Positions 17,236-24,944 of a stretch of DNA of 64,000 nt are shown one piece after another. The DNA comes from an uncultured Gammaproteobacteria bacterium. GTDB taxonomy: Bacteria > Patescibacteriota > Patescibacteriia > Patescibacteriales > GWE2-39-37. The translations under genes were made by a program, and so were the position numbers. The stretch lies in the NCBI GenBank assembly GCA_964443495.1, contig CAYUCS010000001.1, positions 680,468 through 744,467 of the forward strand, written 5' to 3'. The stretch's first letter is position 1. Each line of letters begins with the position of its first letter. A model generated the notes under the pieces. The model searched no databases and was not told the DNA's origin. It saw only the letters and a program-made list of their open reading frames with translations.

Positions 17236-17284
17236 TAAAAAGGCCAGGGTCTTTTGCATGCTTGGGAGTTCATATTCCTTGACC

Positions 17285-17315
17285 AAAAAAAAGACGGGGC
17301 CGATGAATCGACCCC
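17285..17315 (-). terminator. Intrinsic terminator of the HEAT-repeat gene
   Basis: 8-bp stem ggggccga / tcgacccc (17296-17303 / 17308-17315), followed on the minus strand by T8. Confidence 0.85.
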
Positions 17316-17332
17316 GCAATGTTGCGCCGCAA

Positions 17333-17740
17333 TCAAGCGGCCAAGGCGTGTGTGTAATTGTTGGCTATGTCCGTAGCGTAAATCGCCAGGACGTCGATAG
17401 GCTGCTCTTGCGCACGCATCTGCGTGAAAGAGTCGCTTACAGGCTTCAATTCGATACATGCTTCGATCGCGTCGAGAATCTTCTCGCGCAATCGAGCATC
17501 GTTTTCACTGGACAGCTGCTTGGCCAAGATGTTGACCGCCCTGCTTCCTTTGATCTTCAGCAAACCCTCAATGGCAAGTTCCCGCTGTGCCGCATCGCCA
17601 AGACGCAGCCTCTGGGAAAGATGTTCCAACTGCATGTCGTGCAACCTCCTTTGGTTTTTGGCCAATTCGTCCTCAAGACGGATCAGCTCTTGTTGATTGT
17701 GCTGCTTAAGCCTCTGTAACAGTAGTTTGTTGCTTGCCAC
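17333..17740 (-). CDS. Small HEAT/PBS-lyase-like repeat protein (~135 aa)
   Basis: LGDAAQRELAIEGLLKIKGSRAVNILAKQLSSENDARLREKILDAI resembles HEAT_2 repeats, preceded by a coiled-coil N-terminus. The ORF-track GTG at 17746 lies inside the GGAGG SD. The GTG at 17740 has 5-nt spacing and is preferred. Confidence 0.55.
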   Translation of the reverse strand: MASNKLLLQRLKQHNQQELIRLEDELAKNQRRLHDMQLEHLSQRLRLGDAAQRELAIEGLLKIKGSRAVNILAKQLSSENDARLREKILDAIEACIELKPVSDSFTQMRAQEQPIDVLAIYATDIANNYTHALAA

Positions 17741-17863
17741 ACACACCTCCGATTAAAGTTAAAAGAACGCCAAATAAAAGAACAGCTGACTCACCTCCTT
17801 TCCTGTAATATTACGAGCGCTAAAGCGTCCTGGCGGGCGTTTTAGCGCTTGAGCCAAAAATTA

Positions 17864-17892
17864 TTTATATCACATCTGGCGGATATTGTCAA
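17864..17892 (-). promoter_or_regulatory. Promoter TTGACA-N17-TATAAA
   Basis: Minus-strand -35 at 17892-17887 and -10 at 17869-17864. This predicts a ~115-nt leader for the HEAT-repeat gene. Confidence 0.65.
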
Positions 17893-17912
17893 TCATTTCG
17901 TGCCACAAGGGC

Positions 17913-17948
17913 AAAAGAAAGTGCCCATCAGCTTGATGCGATGGGCAC
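17913..17948 (-). terminator. Intrinsic terminator of the 68-aa membrane gene
   Basis: Stem gtgcccatc / gatgggcac (17921-17929 / 17940-17948), followed on the minus strand by TTTCTTTT. Confidence 0.8.
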
Positions 17949-17956
17949 GGTAGTGG

Positions 17957-18163
17957 TTAACGGAAAATGTTCACGGAAAGCGTGATTGCTTGAGGCTTCA
18001 AAATCCTCTTTCTTTCCGGAGCAGCGACAGTCGCCTCCCTGGCTCTCTTCCGCGCTTCTTTGAATTTCCGGTACAGATAAGGCGGCAGGTCCAGGATCAG
18101 CGAGGAGATGATAAGTACGATCGGCAAAGCGACAGCAGCTTGGATAAACGGATTCGGCGTCAT
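17957..18163 (-). CDS. Small single-pass membrane protein (68 aa) with basic C-terminal tail
   Basis: GGGGAGGTG SD, then aaaatc, then the ATG at 18163. The ORF-track GTG at 18172 is part of the SD itself. Sequence: MTPNPFIQAAVALPIVLIISSLILDLPPYLYRKFKEARKRARE. Confidence 0.6.
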   Translation of the reverse strand: MTPNPFIQAAVALPIVLIISSLILDLPPYLYRKFKEARKRAREATVAAPERKRILKPQAITLSVNIFR

Positions 18164-18294
18164 GATTTTCACCTCCCCTTTCGTGATGTTGTCTGCTCGG
18201 TTATTACTAGGCGACAGAACACAGCTTCTTTTTTGGTAAAAGGTTCTATGTTTTGGCGCTTAGACTATAAAGAACAGTAATCCACTATATTTAT

Positions 18295-18323
18295 ATTATA
18301 CTCTTATTTGCAAAAAATGTCAA
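18295..18323 (-). promoter_or_regulatory. Perfect-consensus promoter TTGACA-N17-TATAAT
   Basis: Minus-strand -35 at 18323-18318 and -10 at 18300-18295. This predicts a ~125-nt leader before the 68-aa gene. Confidence 0.75.
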
Positions 18324-18352
18324 TATATTGGATAATATACCATAAAATTAGC

Positions 18353-18382
18353 CAAAAAATCAGGGCTATCATGAGATAGCCC
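18353..18382 (-). terminator. Intrinsic terminator of the 132-aa gene
   Basis: Stem gggctatc / gatagccc (18363-18370 / 18375-18382), followed on the minus strand by TGATTTTTT. Confidence 0.7.
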
Positions 18383-18407
18383 CTTTGCGAGAGTCGAAAT
18401 TTTATAA

Positions 18408-18806
18408 TTATTGGTTTACAGCCGCAAGAACGGATAGTTCAACTGCGGTGTCAGAAATGCCGGACATCTGGTGGAACAGATTAACGGCTTGGGAAGGAAC
18501 GATGTAACAAATTTGATCGACAGCTGACGAACGCAAGAAGCCAAGCAGCTGATGATCACCGACAAGATGTTCCGAGGTGAGACCAAGGAACTCAGCCATG
18601 ATTTCCGCATTTTCTCTATCGGCTATCAGCAGCGTCTTGCCGAGGCGGCCATAGCTGTCAAACAGCGTAATCGATCCGGGCTTCCTGGCGGAGACCGCTG
18701 CTGCCTCGCGGGTGTTGACTACGTTGATCCGCAGCTGTGCGCCACGGAAAAGGATTTCCTTGATACTGATTGCCGACGTAACTCTGCCCTCTAAAACACG
18801 CTTCAC
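18408..18806 (-). CDS. Hypothetical protein (132 aa, soluble, no recognised domain)
   Basis: GTG start at 18806 with a GGAGG SD 7 nt upstream. The gene has its own promoter and terminator. Confidence 0.6.
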   Translation of the reverse strand: MKRVLEGRVTSAISIKEILFRGAQLRINVVNTREAAAVSARKPGSITLFDSYGRLGKTLLIADRENAEIMAEFLGLTSEHLVGDHQLLGFLRSSAVDQICYIVPSQAVNLFHQMSGISDTAVELSVLAAVNQ

Positions 18807-18856
18807 GAAAAAACCTCCTTGTTTTTTGTTATGGAACGACTCTCGCGCAAAACTGA

Positions 18857-18885
18857 ATCATACTGCTTTTGCGGCAATTTGGCAA
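18857..18885 (-). promoter_or_regulatory. Promoter TTGCCA-N17-TATGAT
   Basis: Minus-strand -35 at 18885-18880 and -10 at 18862-18857. Confidence 0.6.
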
Positions 18886-18903
18886 GAGTGTTATGAGCTG
18901 AAG

Positions 18904-18937
18904 CAAAAAAATGCCGCGGCTCTCAAGGAGCCGCGGC
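18904..18937 (-). terminator. Intrinsic terminator of the 380-aa gene
   Basis: Stem gccgcggct / agccgcggc (18913-18921 / 18929-18937), followed on the minus strand by AT7. Confidence 0.85.
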
Positions 18938-18943
18938 TGCGGA

Positions 18944-20086
18944 TCAATATCCGATTTCCGAACCAGCCAATATTTCCGAAAGTTGCGTCAGCCATTCATC
19001 GCCGCCGCGCATGTCGAGCGGGCTGTAAGCGATCGTCTTGCCGAAAGCGAAGCCACGGACGGAATAGCGGTTGAGCATAACCTCATTGAAGACCCTGGCA
19101 TCATTGCCCACTTCTTCGCCATCAAGCGTTTTCGGGGCCAACCACAGAGCGTGATACCCTGCTCCAGGCTTGACTGAAAGCTTCAATCCGGCAGAAGACA
19201 AGACTTGGCACAGGTCGGACAAGACTGCTTGCCGTTCAGTGATTACTGTCGCCGTTTCGACTGCGCCTTCCTCGAAAGCAGCCAGCACGCCCGCCGCCAT
19301 CGGCAGGTAAAGCGGGTCGGTCCGTCCGGCCAGCTTGAAGTCAGCGACGAAATCATCAGAGCCGATGATCGCGACCAACGACCACCCCTCGCTGCCGCCG
19401 ATCATGGCGCAAGGGTCGTAAATCTCGAGCCAGGAAAGATGGGCGAATTCGCTGGCCGCCTCATGGAAGCTGCTGCCAGCCGGCTGCGGACTTGCCGAAG
19501 CGTTGTAATTGACCAGGCGGGCGCCCGTTTCCTCGAAAGCGGCGCAAAGCTCCCACCAGGCATCGCGCGTCATCGTCGTGCCGCTAGGATAGCTAGGGAA
19601 ACTGACGACTGCTAGCTTCGAGCTTTTGTTGACCACTTCCGGAAAAAGCAGGAAATCAGACTCACTGGTGCAGTTGATGTTCTGGTGCCACAATCCGCAC
19701 TGCTTCGCCATCCAGGTAAAGCCTTCCAAGCCTGGGTTCATCGAACTAGTCCAGAATCGGCTGGTACCGGCTCCGCAAGACAGCAGTAAGCGCGGCCAAA
19801 CCGGAGCGATTGCCGGCACAGCCAACCCCTCGACAGCCAACTCGTTTTCCATACCGGTAATTGCCGCGACCAGCCGTTGGGCCAATCGGGTCCCGTATTT
19901 CCTTTGCCATTCGGCCGCCGCCATCGGGCTGCTGAGCATCAGCGAAGCAGCCCTTCTGCCGCTTAAAACCATCTCTGGCACCGTCAGTCCTGCCAAGCGG
20001 AATCTGACCGATTCCGGATAAGCTGCTGCCGCAGCTGCCGCATTCAAATTGCCTGTCGTTTCCCTGTCCAGCCAGCTTCGTCGCAT
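18944..20086 (-). CDS. Divergent class I/II aminotransferase-fold protein apparently lacking the PLP-binding lysine
   Basis: GAGGAGGTG SD with its GGAGG core 6 nt before the ATG. KLAVVSFPSYPSGTTMTRDAWWELCAAFEETGARLVNYNA parallels the NPxNPTG...DEvY region. EIYDPCAMIGGSEGWSLVAI parallels SFSKxxxMxGWRxGY but has Cys where Lys is expected. The alignment was made by eye. Confidence 0.5.
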   Translation of the reverse strand: MRRSWLDRETTGNLNAAAAAAAYPESVRFRLAGLTVPEMVLSGRRAASLMLSSPMAAAEWQRKYGTRLAQRLVAAITGMENELAVEGLAVPAIAPVWPRLLLSCGAGTSRFWTSSMNPGLEGFTWMAKQCGLWHQNINCTSESDFLLFPEVVNKSSKLAVVSFPSYPSGTTMTRDAWWELCAAFEETGARLVNYNASASPQPAGSSFHEAASEFAHLSWLEIYDPCAMIGGSEGWSLVAIIGSDDFVADFKLAGRTDPLYLPMAAGVLAAFEEGAVETATVITERQAVLSDLCQVLSSAGLKLSVKPGAGYHALWLAPKTLDGEEVGNDARVFNEVMLNRYSVRGFAFGKTIAYSPLDMRGGDEWLTQLSEILAGSEIGY

Positions 20087-20180
20087 CGCGCACCTCCTCG
20101 GCTTTGTTTAATATTGGTTAATATTACTGCAAATGAGCGTTTATCTAATGATAAGCTTAGTCCCGAACAAAGTCAAACCA

Positions 20181-20209
20181 TTGACAAAAACAAAATATTG
20201 ATTCATAAT
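20181..20209 (+). promoter_or_regulatory. Promoter TTGACA-N17-CATAAT
   Basis: -35 at 20181-20186 and -10 at 20204-20209, upstream of the 3D-domain gene. Confidence 0.6.
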
Positions 20210-20305
20210 AATAAAAATCAGAAAAACTACCTGTCTTAACCGGCGGGCAGTTTTTTTGTTTAGATACTGCTCTTTAGCAAATAAACCCAAAGGAGGAAAG
20301 GAGAG

Positions 20306-20842
20306 ATGAAGACTTTTGCCAGCCTACTCGTCGCCATGATAATGATCTCATGGTGGCCGGCTAGCCTGTCAAACGCCAAAATCCCGCCCGTAGCACACGC
20401 AGCATTGCCACAACCGCCCAAGTACCGAATCATTGAGAGATGCAGTGGAATCAAGGCTACCGCCTATTATGGTCCGCTCAAGAACCAGAAAAGGTATAGC
20501 CGCAAACCGAACGGACAGATGAGGACTTACAGAGAGGAAATCAGATTCCAAGGCGAGGGCATCGTTACCTCATCCGGGGTTCCGCCCAGGATAGGCACGA
20601 TCGCCGTCAACAAAGAGCGGTTCCCTCATGGAACCATCCTGCGGCTCAAGCAAAGAGCCAAGGACGGGCATTACGAAACGATTTTTATCGGCGTCGCTGA
20701 AGACACGGGGGAGGATATGATCGAGAACCCCAACCAGATCGACCTGTACATGGGCAAAGGCGAGCTGGGTCTGACTCGGGCCGAGAAATTTGGCGCTAGA
20801 CATGGACTTGTAGTGGAAGTTATCAAAGAGATCAGGAGCTGA
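20306..20842 (+). CDS. Secreted 3D-domain protein (MltA/RlpA-like double-psi beta-barrel; YuiC/YabE-like cell-wall protein)
   Basis: AGGAGG SD. Signal peptide MKTFASLLVAMIMISWWPASLSNA. TIAVNKERFPHGT ... VAEDTGEDM ... IDLYMG matches the three-Asp 3D-domain pattern. Confidence 0.7.
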   Translation: MKTFASLLVAMIMISWWPASLSNAKIPPVAHAALPQPPKYRIIERCSGIKATAYYGPLKNQKRYSRKPNGQMRTYREEIRFQGEGIVTSSGVPPRIGTIAVNKERFPHGTILRLKQRAKDGHYETIFIGVAEDTGEDMIENPNQIDLYMGKGELGLTRAEKFGARHGLVVEVIKEIRS

Positions 20843-20864
20843 TCCCAATCCTTCAACAAAAATC

Positions 20865-20900
20865 GGAGCAGACCGCAAGGCCTGCTCCTCTTTTTTATTT
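20865..20900. terminator. Bidirectional terminator between convergent genes
   Basis: Stem ggagcag / ctgctcc (20865-20871 / 20882-20888), flanked by caaaaat upstream and TCTTTTTTATTTT downstream. Confidence 0.7.
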
Positions 20901-20909
20901 TAAAAATAT

Positions 20910-22799
20910 TTATTGCAAAGTCGCTTCGCCGATCTGCTCCAAATCGTTATTGGAGATGCCCAAGGACAGGAGCCTCATGATCTGGTAAGCCGATTCGCCA
21001 TTGGCAAGATAATAACGTTTGCCGTCCTTAGGGTTGACATACCAAGCCTCGCCTTTGCTCTCGGTCTGCAGCAGAATCTTGCCCTTGAGGCGGCTGGCGA
21101 ATTTCGAATCGTAATTCAGCTTGCCATCGCCGAGCGGATTGAAGCCGTTGTTGAACTCGTTCGAGTCCTGATAGCCGTCGCCGTCGGTGTCGCTGTTGGT
21201 CGGATCGGTACCGATCGCTTCTTCCAGCTGGTTGGCCAAGCCGTCGCCGTCGGTGTCGAAGCCGCCGATATCCGACCTGATTCCGATCGGTATTTTCGAC
21301 AAGTCATTATTGGTTATGCCCAAACCGAGCTTGCGCATCGCCTGATAGGCCGCGTTGCCGTCAGCCAGATAATAGCGCTTGCTGTTGGAGTTATATACAT
21401 ACCAAGCCTCGCCCCGGCTCTCGGTCTGAAGCAAGATATAGCCGGAGAGTTTCTTGGCGATAGCTGCCAACGGTCCGGTGCCGGGTGCGGGCAGGTTCTT
21501 GCCTGTCTCCACCACGTTCTCGTTCTTGGCGGGCAGGGTGAGCTTTTGCAGCTTGCCTGACTCGATAGTGAAGACGCGGCCGTATTCGATCAGTTTGCGC
21601 TCGAATGGCAGCGAGATACTGAAAAGGTATTTGCCCGGAGCCAGGATGGCCTCGCCATAACCCTTCTCGGTCAGCGTAATCTGTCCGATGCGCTTGCCAC
21701 GGAAGTAATCGCCTTTATAATCCTGGGTCACGCTATAGATCTGCACTGCCTTATTGATGACCGCTTTGCCAGCAGTATCCTTGACTTCGATGCGGGTGAA
21801 ATTAGTCACCAGCTTTTTCCTTTCGCGCTTGTATTTTTCCAAAATCAGGTTCCAAAAGGTTTGGGAATTGCCCAAGTCATCCCTGAGTACCGCGGCGTAA
21901 GTGCCGGACGGGTACTCGAACAGGACTTCGCCCTTGGCGTCGGTCGTCATACGCTTGACGCTCTTGCCCAAGATCAGCTTGCCTTTGACGTCCTGTTTCT
22001 GTTCATAGAACTCAAGAGACTTGCCAGCCGGAATCAGCTTGCCGGTCGCGTCTTCGACTATCAGGATCATGTCGGTGAATACGTACTCATACTCGGTCAA
22101 AAGCTGGTCATTTACATGGAGATAATTCTCGACATAACCGACGCTGCCGCCCAAGTTGGCGTTAAGGACATAGTCGCCGCCGATCTTCTTCGCGGCATGG
22201 GATTGGTCGGCCACGAAGATATATGCCTCGCCGGTCGCGCCGGTATCGAGGGCTGAGGTAACCAGATCCTTTTTCTCGTTGATCGGGCGATTCTCGATAT
22301 CGTAGCGCTGGGTATAGAGAGAAAACTTCACATTCTTTTTGAGGTTGCCATCCTGGTCGCGGAAGACGAAACGGATTCCGGAAAGGACTTTGGTTACGGA
22401 CAGCTCCTGGCCGCAAGTCAGATTCAATTCGTTGAAATACCAGAAATTCCCCACTTCGGGATTCTTGTCATAGACCTTCAAAGCATAAGTGATCGTCTTG
22501 CCGATCGATTCTTTGGGTGGGGTGTAGGTCACTGAGGCTTTGCCGCTGATCGGACTGGTCTTGCCGCCGGCAAGCCGCCCGCACTGCACCGGATTGTGGT
22601 CGGCGTCCTCGGTTTGGCACCAAAGCTCGGCATTGATATCGGGCAGGAAATCCCCTTTCGGATTGCGGAAGACGAATTCAAGCTTGATCGGGTCGCACTT
22701 GGCTTCAGCAGTCTGGGCCGAAGCCGGCTGAGGCGCAACGGCAAGCGACAAGAATAGGCTCATGACAGCTAGCATGGAGCCGAATAGCGGCTTGTTCAT
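20910..22799 (-). CDS. Secreted multidomain protein with beta-sandwich repeats, TSP3-like Ca-binding repeats and two ~56-aa LLQTES-GEAWYV modules
   Basis: Signal peptide ending ASAQT. DTDGDGLANQ...DTDGDGYQDSNE at aa 515-547. Duplicated modules at aa 449-504 and 569-624 (nt 21288-21455 and 20928-21095). Confidence 0.7.
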   Translation of the reverse strand: MNKPLFGSMLAVMSLFLSLAVAPQPASAQTAEAKCDPIKLEFVFRNPKGDFLPDINAELWCQTEDADHNPVQCGRLAGGKTSPISGKASVTYTPPKESIGKTITYALKVYDKNPEVGNFWYFNELNLTCGQELSVTKVLSGIRFVFRDQDGNLKKNVKFSLYTQRYDIENRPINEKKDLVTSALDTGATGEAYIFVADQSHAAKKIGGDYVLNANLGGSVGYVENYLHVNDQLLTEYEYVFTDMILIVEDATGKLIPAGKSLEFYEQKQDVKGKLILGKSVKRMTTDAKGEVLFEYPSGTYAAVLRDDLGNSQTFWNLILEKYKRERKKLVTNFTRIEVKDTAGKAVINKAVQIYSVTQDYKGDYFRGKRIGQITLTEKGYGEAILAPGKYLFSISLPFERKLIEYGRVFTIESGKLQKLTLPAKNENVVETGKNLPAPGTGPLAAIAKKLSGYILLQTESRGEAWYVYNSNSKRYYLADGNAAYQAMRKLGLGITNNDLSKIPIGIRSDIGGFDTDGDGLANQLEEAIGTDPTNSDTDGDGYQDSNEFNNGFNPLGDGKLNYDSKFASRLKGKILLQTESKGEAWYVNPKDGKRYYLANGESAYQIMRLLSLGISNNDLEQIGEATLQ

Positions 22800-22859
22800 A
22801 ATGTAAGATTATTTTTTTACATTATACCACGAAACAGGGTAATCATCTAGCGGCCAAGC

Positions 22860-24941
22860 CTACGGCCGCGTTGACGAGGCGGTGATTGCGGTCGAAGTCG
22901 CGCCCTTGGCAGGATGAGGACTGAAATACCATGACAGCACCTCGCGGGCGATCGGAACGGCAATAGCGCTCCCTTCTTTGCCTTCTTCGACCAGGATGGT
23001 GAGAGCGATGGTCGGTTCATCATATGGCGCAAAACCGGTAAACCAAGCGTGAGGGTCCTTCTTTGATGACCACTGGGCCGTGCCGGTCTTGCCGGCCACG
23101 GCGACCGGGACGGTCTGCAGGCTCCTGGCACTGCCAGCCAGAACGGTTTGGCGCATGCCTTCCCTGACTATTTTCATATTATACGGATTGACGAAATCCT
23201 GGCGCACCGGATTGGGCGCCACTTCGCGCTTTTCCCCGGTCTTGGAGGTGATGATAGTCTTGACCAGGTGCGGCTGCATCAGCTTGCCGCTGTTGGCAAA
23301 AGCGGCGGTATAGGCGGCGACTTGCAACGGGGTGACATTGAGGTCGCCTTGGCCGATCGCCAAGTGATAGGTGTCGCCTATGTACCAGTTTTCATTCTTG
23401 GTCTCTTCCTTCCATTGCTTCGACGGTACGAAGCCTGATGCCTCCCCCGGCAAGTCGATGCCGGTCTGCGAACCGAGCCCGAAGAGCCGGTCATAGCGGG
23501 TGATGCGATCGACGCCCAAGCCCCTCGTGTCCTGATAGCCTCCGCCGACGATATAGAAGAACGTGTTGACGGATTCGGCTATCGCCTTGCGCACGTCGGT
23601 CATGCCGTGGCCGCCAGCCTTCCAGTCCGGAAAATACCATTGGCTGATACGCAGGCCTCCGCTGCTCAGGAAGGCCGTGTTCTCGGTGATTATGCCCTCT
23701 TCCAAAGCCGCGATCGCCATGACCGGCTTGATAGTCGATCCTGAAGGAAACTCCCCGGAAACGGCACGGTTGAAAAGCGGGCGATCAGGATCATTGAGCA
23801 GGCGCTGATAATCCTCATAGCCGATGCCATGGGCGAAGAGGTTGTCGTCATAAGCTGGCAGGTTGACCAAAGATAATATCTCCCCGTTGCGCGGATCGAT
23901 GGCCACCACGGCCGCCCGCTTGAGCTTGGCCTTGTCGAGCGCCGCTCGGGTCACCTGCTCGATCTTCCGCTGCAATTCCATATCCAGCGCCAAGACCAGG
24001 TCGTGACCGTCTTGGCTCTCTTGGATGCTGATGATTTTCTTTTCGCGGCCCAAGGCATCGACCTCGATCTGCTTCTTGCCGTTGGTGCCTCTGAGCTCGT
24101 TTTCCCAGAAACTTTCGAGGCCGGACTTGCCGATATAATCGATCTGCAGGTATTCATCTCCGTATTTATCCAGCTCCTTCTGGCTGATTTTGCCGGTGTA
24201 GCCGAGGATGTGCGAAAGCGATTGGGCTTCAAGGTTGTAATCGCGGCTGACCTTGCTCGATACGACCACGCCTTGCCAGTTTGACGATTCGAGCTGCAAG
24301 AGGAGCGCCTTCTCGTAAGGTATCTTGTCGGTGATGAAAACCGGGCGCAGCGATTCGAGCGAGCCGCGTTTAATGCGCTCTAGACGGCCGTGTATCGCGT
24401 CGAAGAGTTCGGTCGCGGTCAGATTACGGTCAGACTCGTTATCCGTGGTGAAGATGCGGTTCGAATTCATCGGCGCCAATATCTCGCTTATCCGCATCTC
24501 GATCTCCTTGAGCTTGCCCTCATCCTTGGGCAGATCGGCCGGCACGACGTACATGAGGAAATTGGCCTGGTTGCGCACCAATGGATCGAGGTGGCGGTCA
24601 TAAATGACGCCGCGGCGCGGCTCTAAGCGCTCGACACGGATGCGGTTGCCTTCGGCCATCTTGTAATAATAATCCCCTTTGACCACCTGGAGCCAGGCCG
24701 AACGTGAAAGGAGGAAGCTCAAGAAAAAAAGCAATCCGAAAATGAGATACTTCGATTTGTCACTGTTGAAAGTCCGCCCCAGCGTCTCTTTGCCGCCAGT
24801 ATCCATGATGAATGAGTCCTCTGTCCAGCCGAGGCGGTACGAGGCATTGATACGTCCCTGGCGGATCCTGCCCTGCCTGATGATGAATGGATCATTGGCC
24901 AACGGCTCCGCATCTGTTTTTTTCGTTCTTAACCTTATCAT
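22860..24941 (-). CDS. mrdA: Penicillin-binding protein 2 (elongasome transpeptidase)
   Basis: SGSTIKP (SxxK), SVN (SxN) and KTGTA (KTG) motifs. It follows mreBCD with a 3-nt gap. Confidence 0.93.
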   Translation of the reverse strand: MIRLRTKKTDAEPLANDPFIIRQGRIRQGRINASYRLGWTEDSFIMDTGGKETLGRTFNSDKSKYLIFGLLFFLSFLLSRSAWLQVVKGDYYYKMAEGNRIRVERLEPRRGVIYDRHLDPLVRNQANFLMYVVPADLPKDEGKLKEIEMRISEILAPMNSNRIFTTDNESDRNLTATELFDAIHGRLERIKRGSLESLRPVFITDKIPYEKALLLQLESSNWQGVVVSSKVSRDYNLEAQSLSHILGYTGKISQKELDKYGDEYLQIDYIGKSGLESFWENELRGTNGKKQIEVDALGREKKIISIQESQDGHDLVLALDMELQRKIEQVTRAALDKAKLKRAAVVAIDPRNGEILSLVNLPAYDDNLFAHGIGYEDYQRLLNDPDRPLFNRAVSGEFPSGSTIKPVMAIAALEEGIITENTAFLSSGGLRISQWYFPDWKAGGHGMTDVRKAIAESVNTFFYIVGGGYQDTRGLGVDRITRYDRLFGLGSQTGIDLPGEASGFVPSKQWKEETKNENWYIGDTYHLAIGQGDLNVTPLQVAAYTAAFANSGKLMQPHLVKTIITSKTGEKREVAPNPVRQDFVNPYNMKIVREGMRQTVLAGSARSLQTVPVAVAGKTGTAQWSSKKDPHAWFTGFAPYDEPTIALTILVEEGKEGSAIAVPIAREVLSWYFSPHPAKGATSTAITASSTRP

Positions 24942-24944
24942 ATC

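Noticed and set aside
16903-17238. 111-aa plus-strand ORF overlapping the Cys-rich ORF in another frame
   Set aside because: It has no SD before its ATG, it is Ser/Pro/Ala-rich, and it reads through the terminator stem. The 87-aa frame has a GGAGGTG SD at ideal spacing and stops before the terminator. The choice remains an inference.
17766-17797. Mini-ORF (CUG-LFFYLAFF-stop) after the first SD in the HEAT-gene leader, considered as a real peptide gene
   Set aside because: It has a non-canonical CUG start and only 8 codons. It is kept only as a note within the leader finding.
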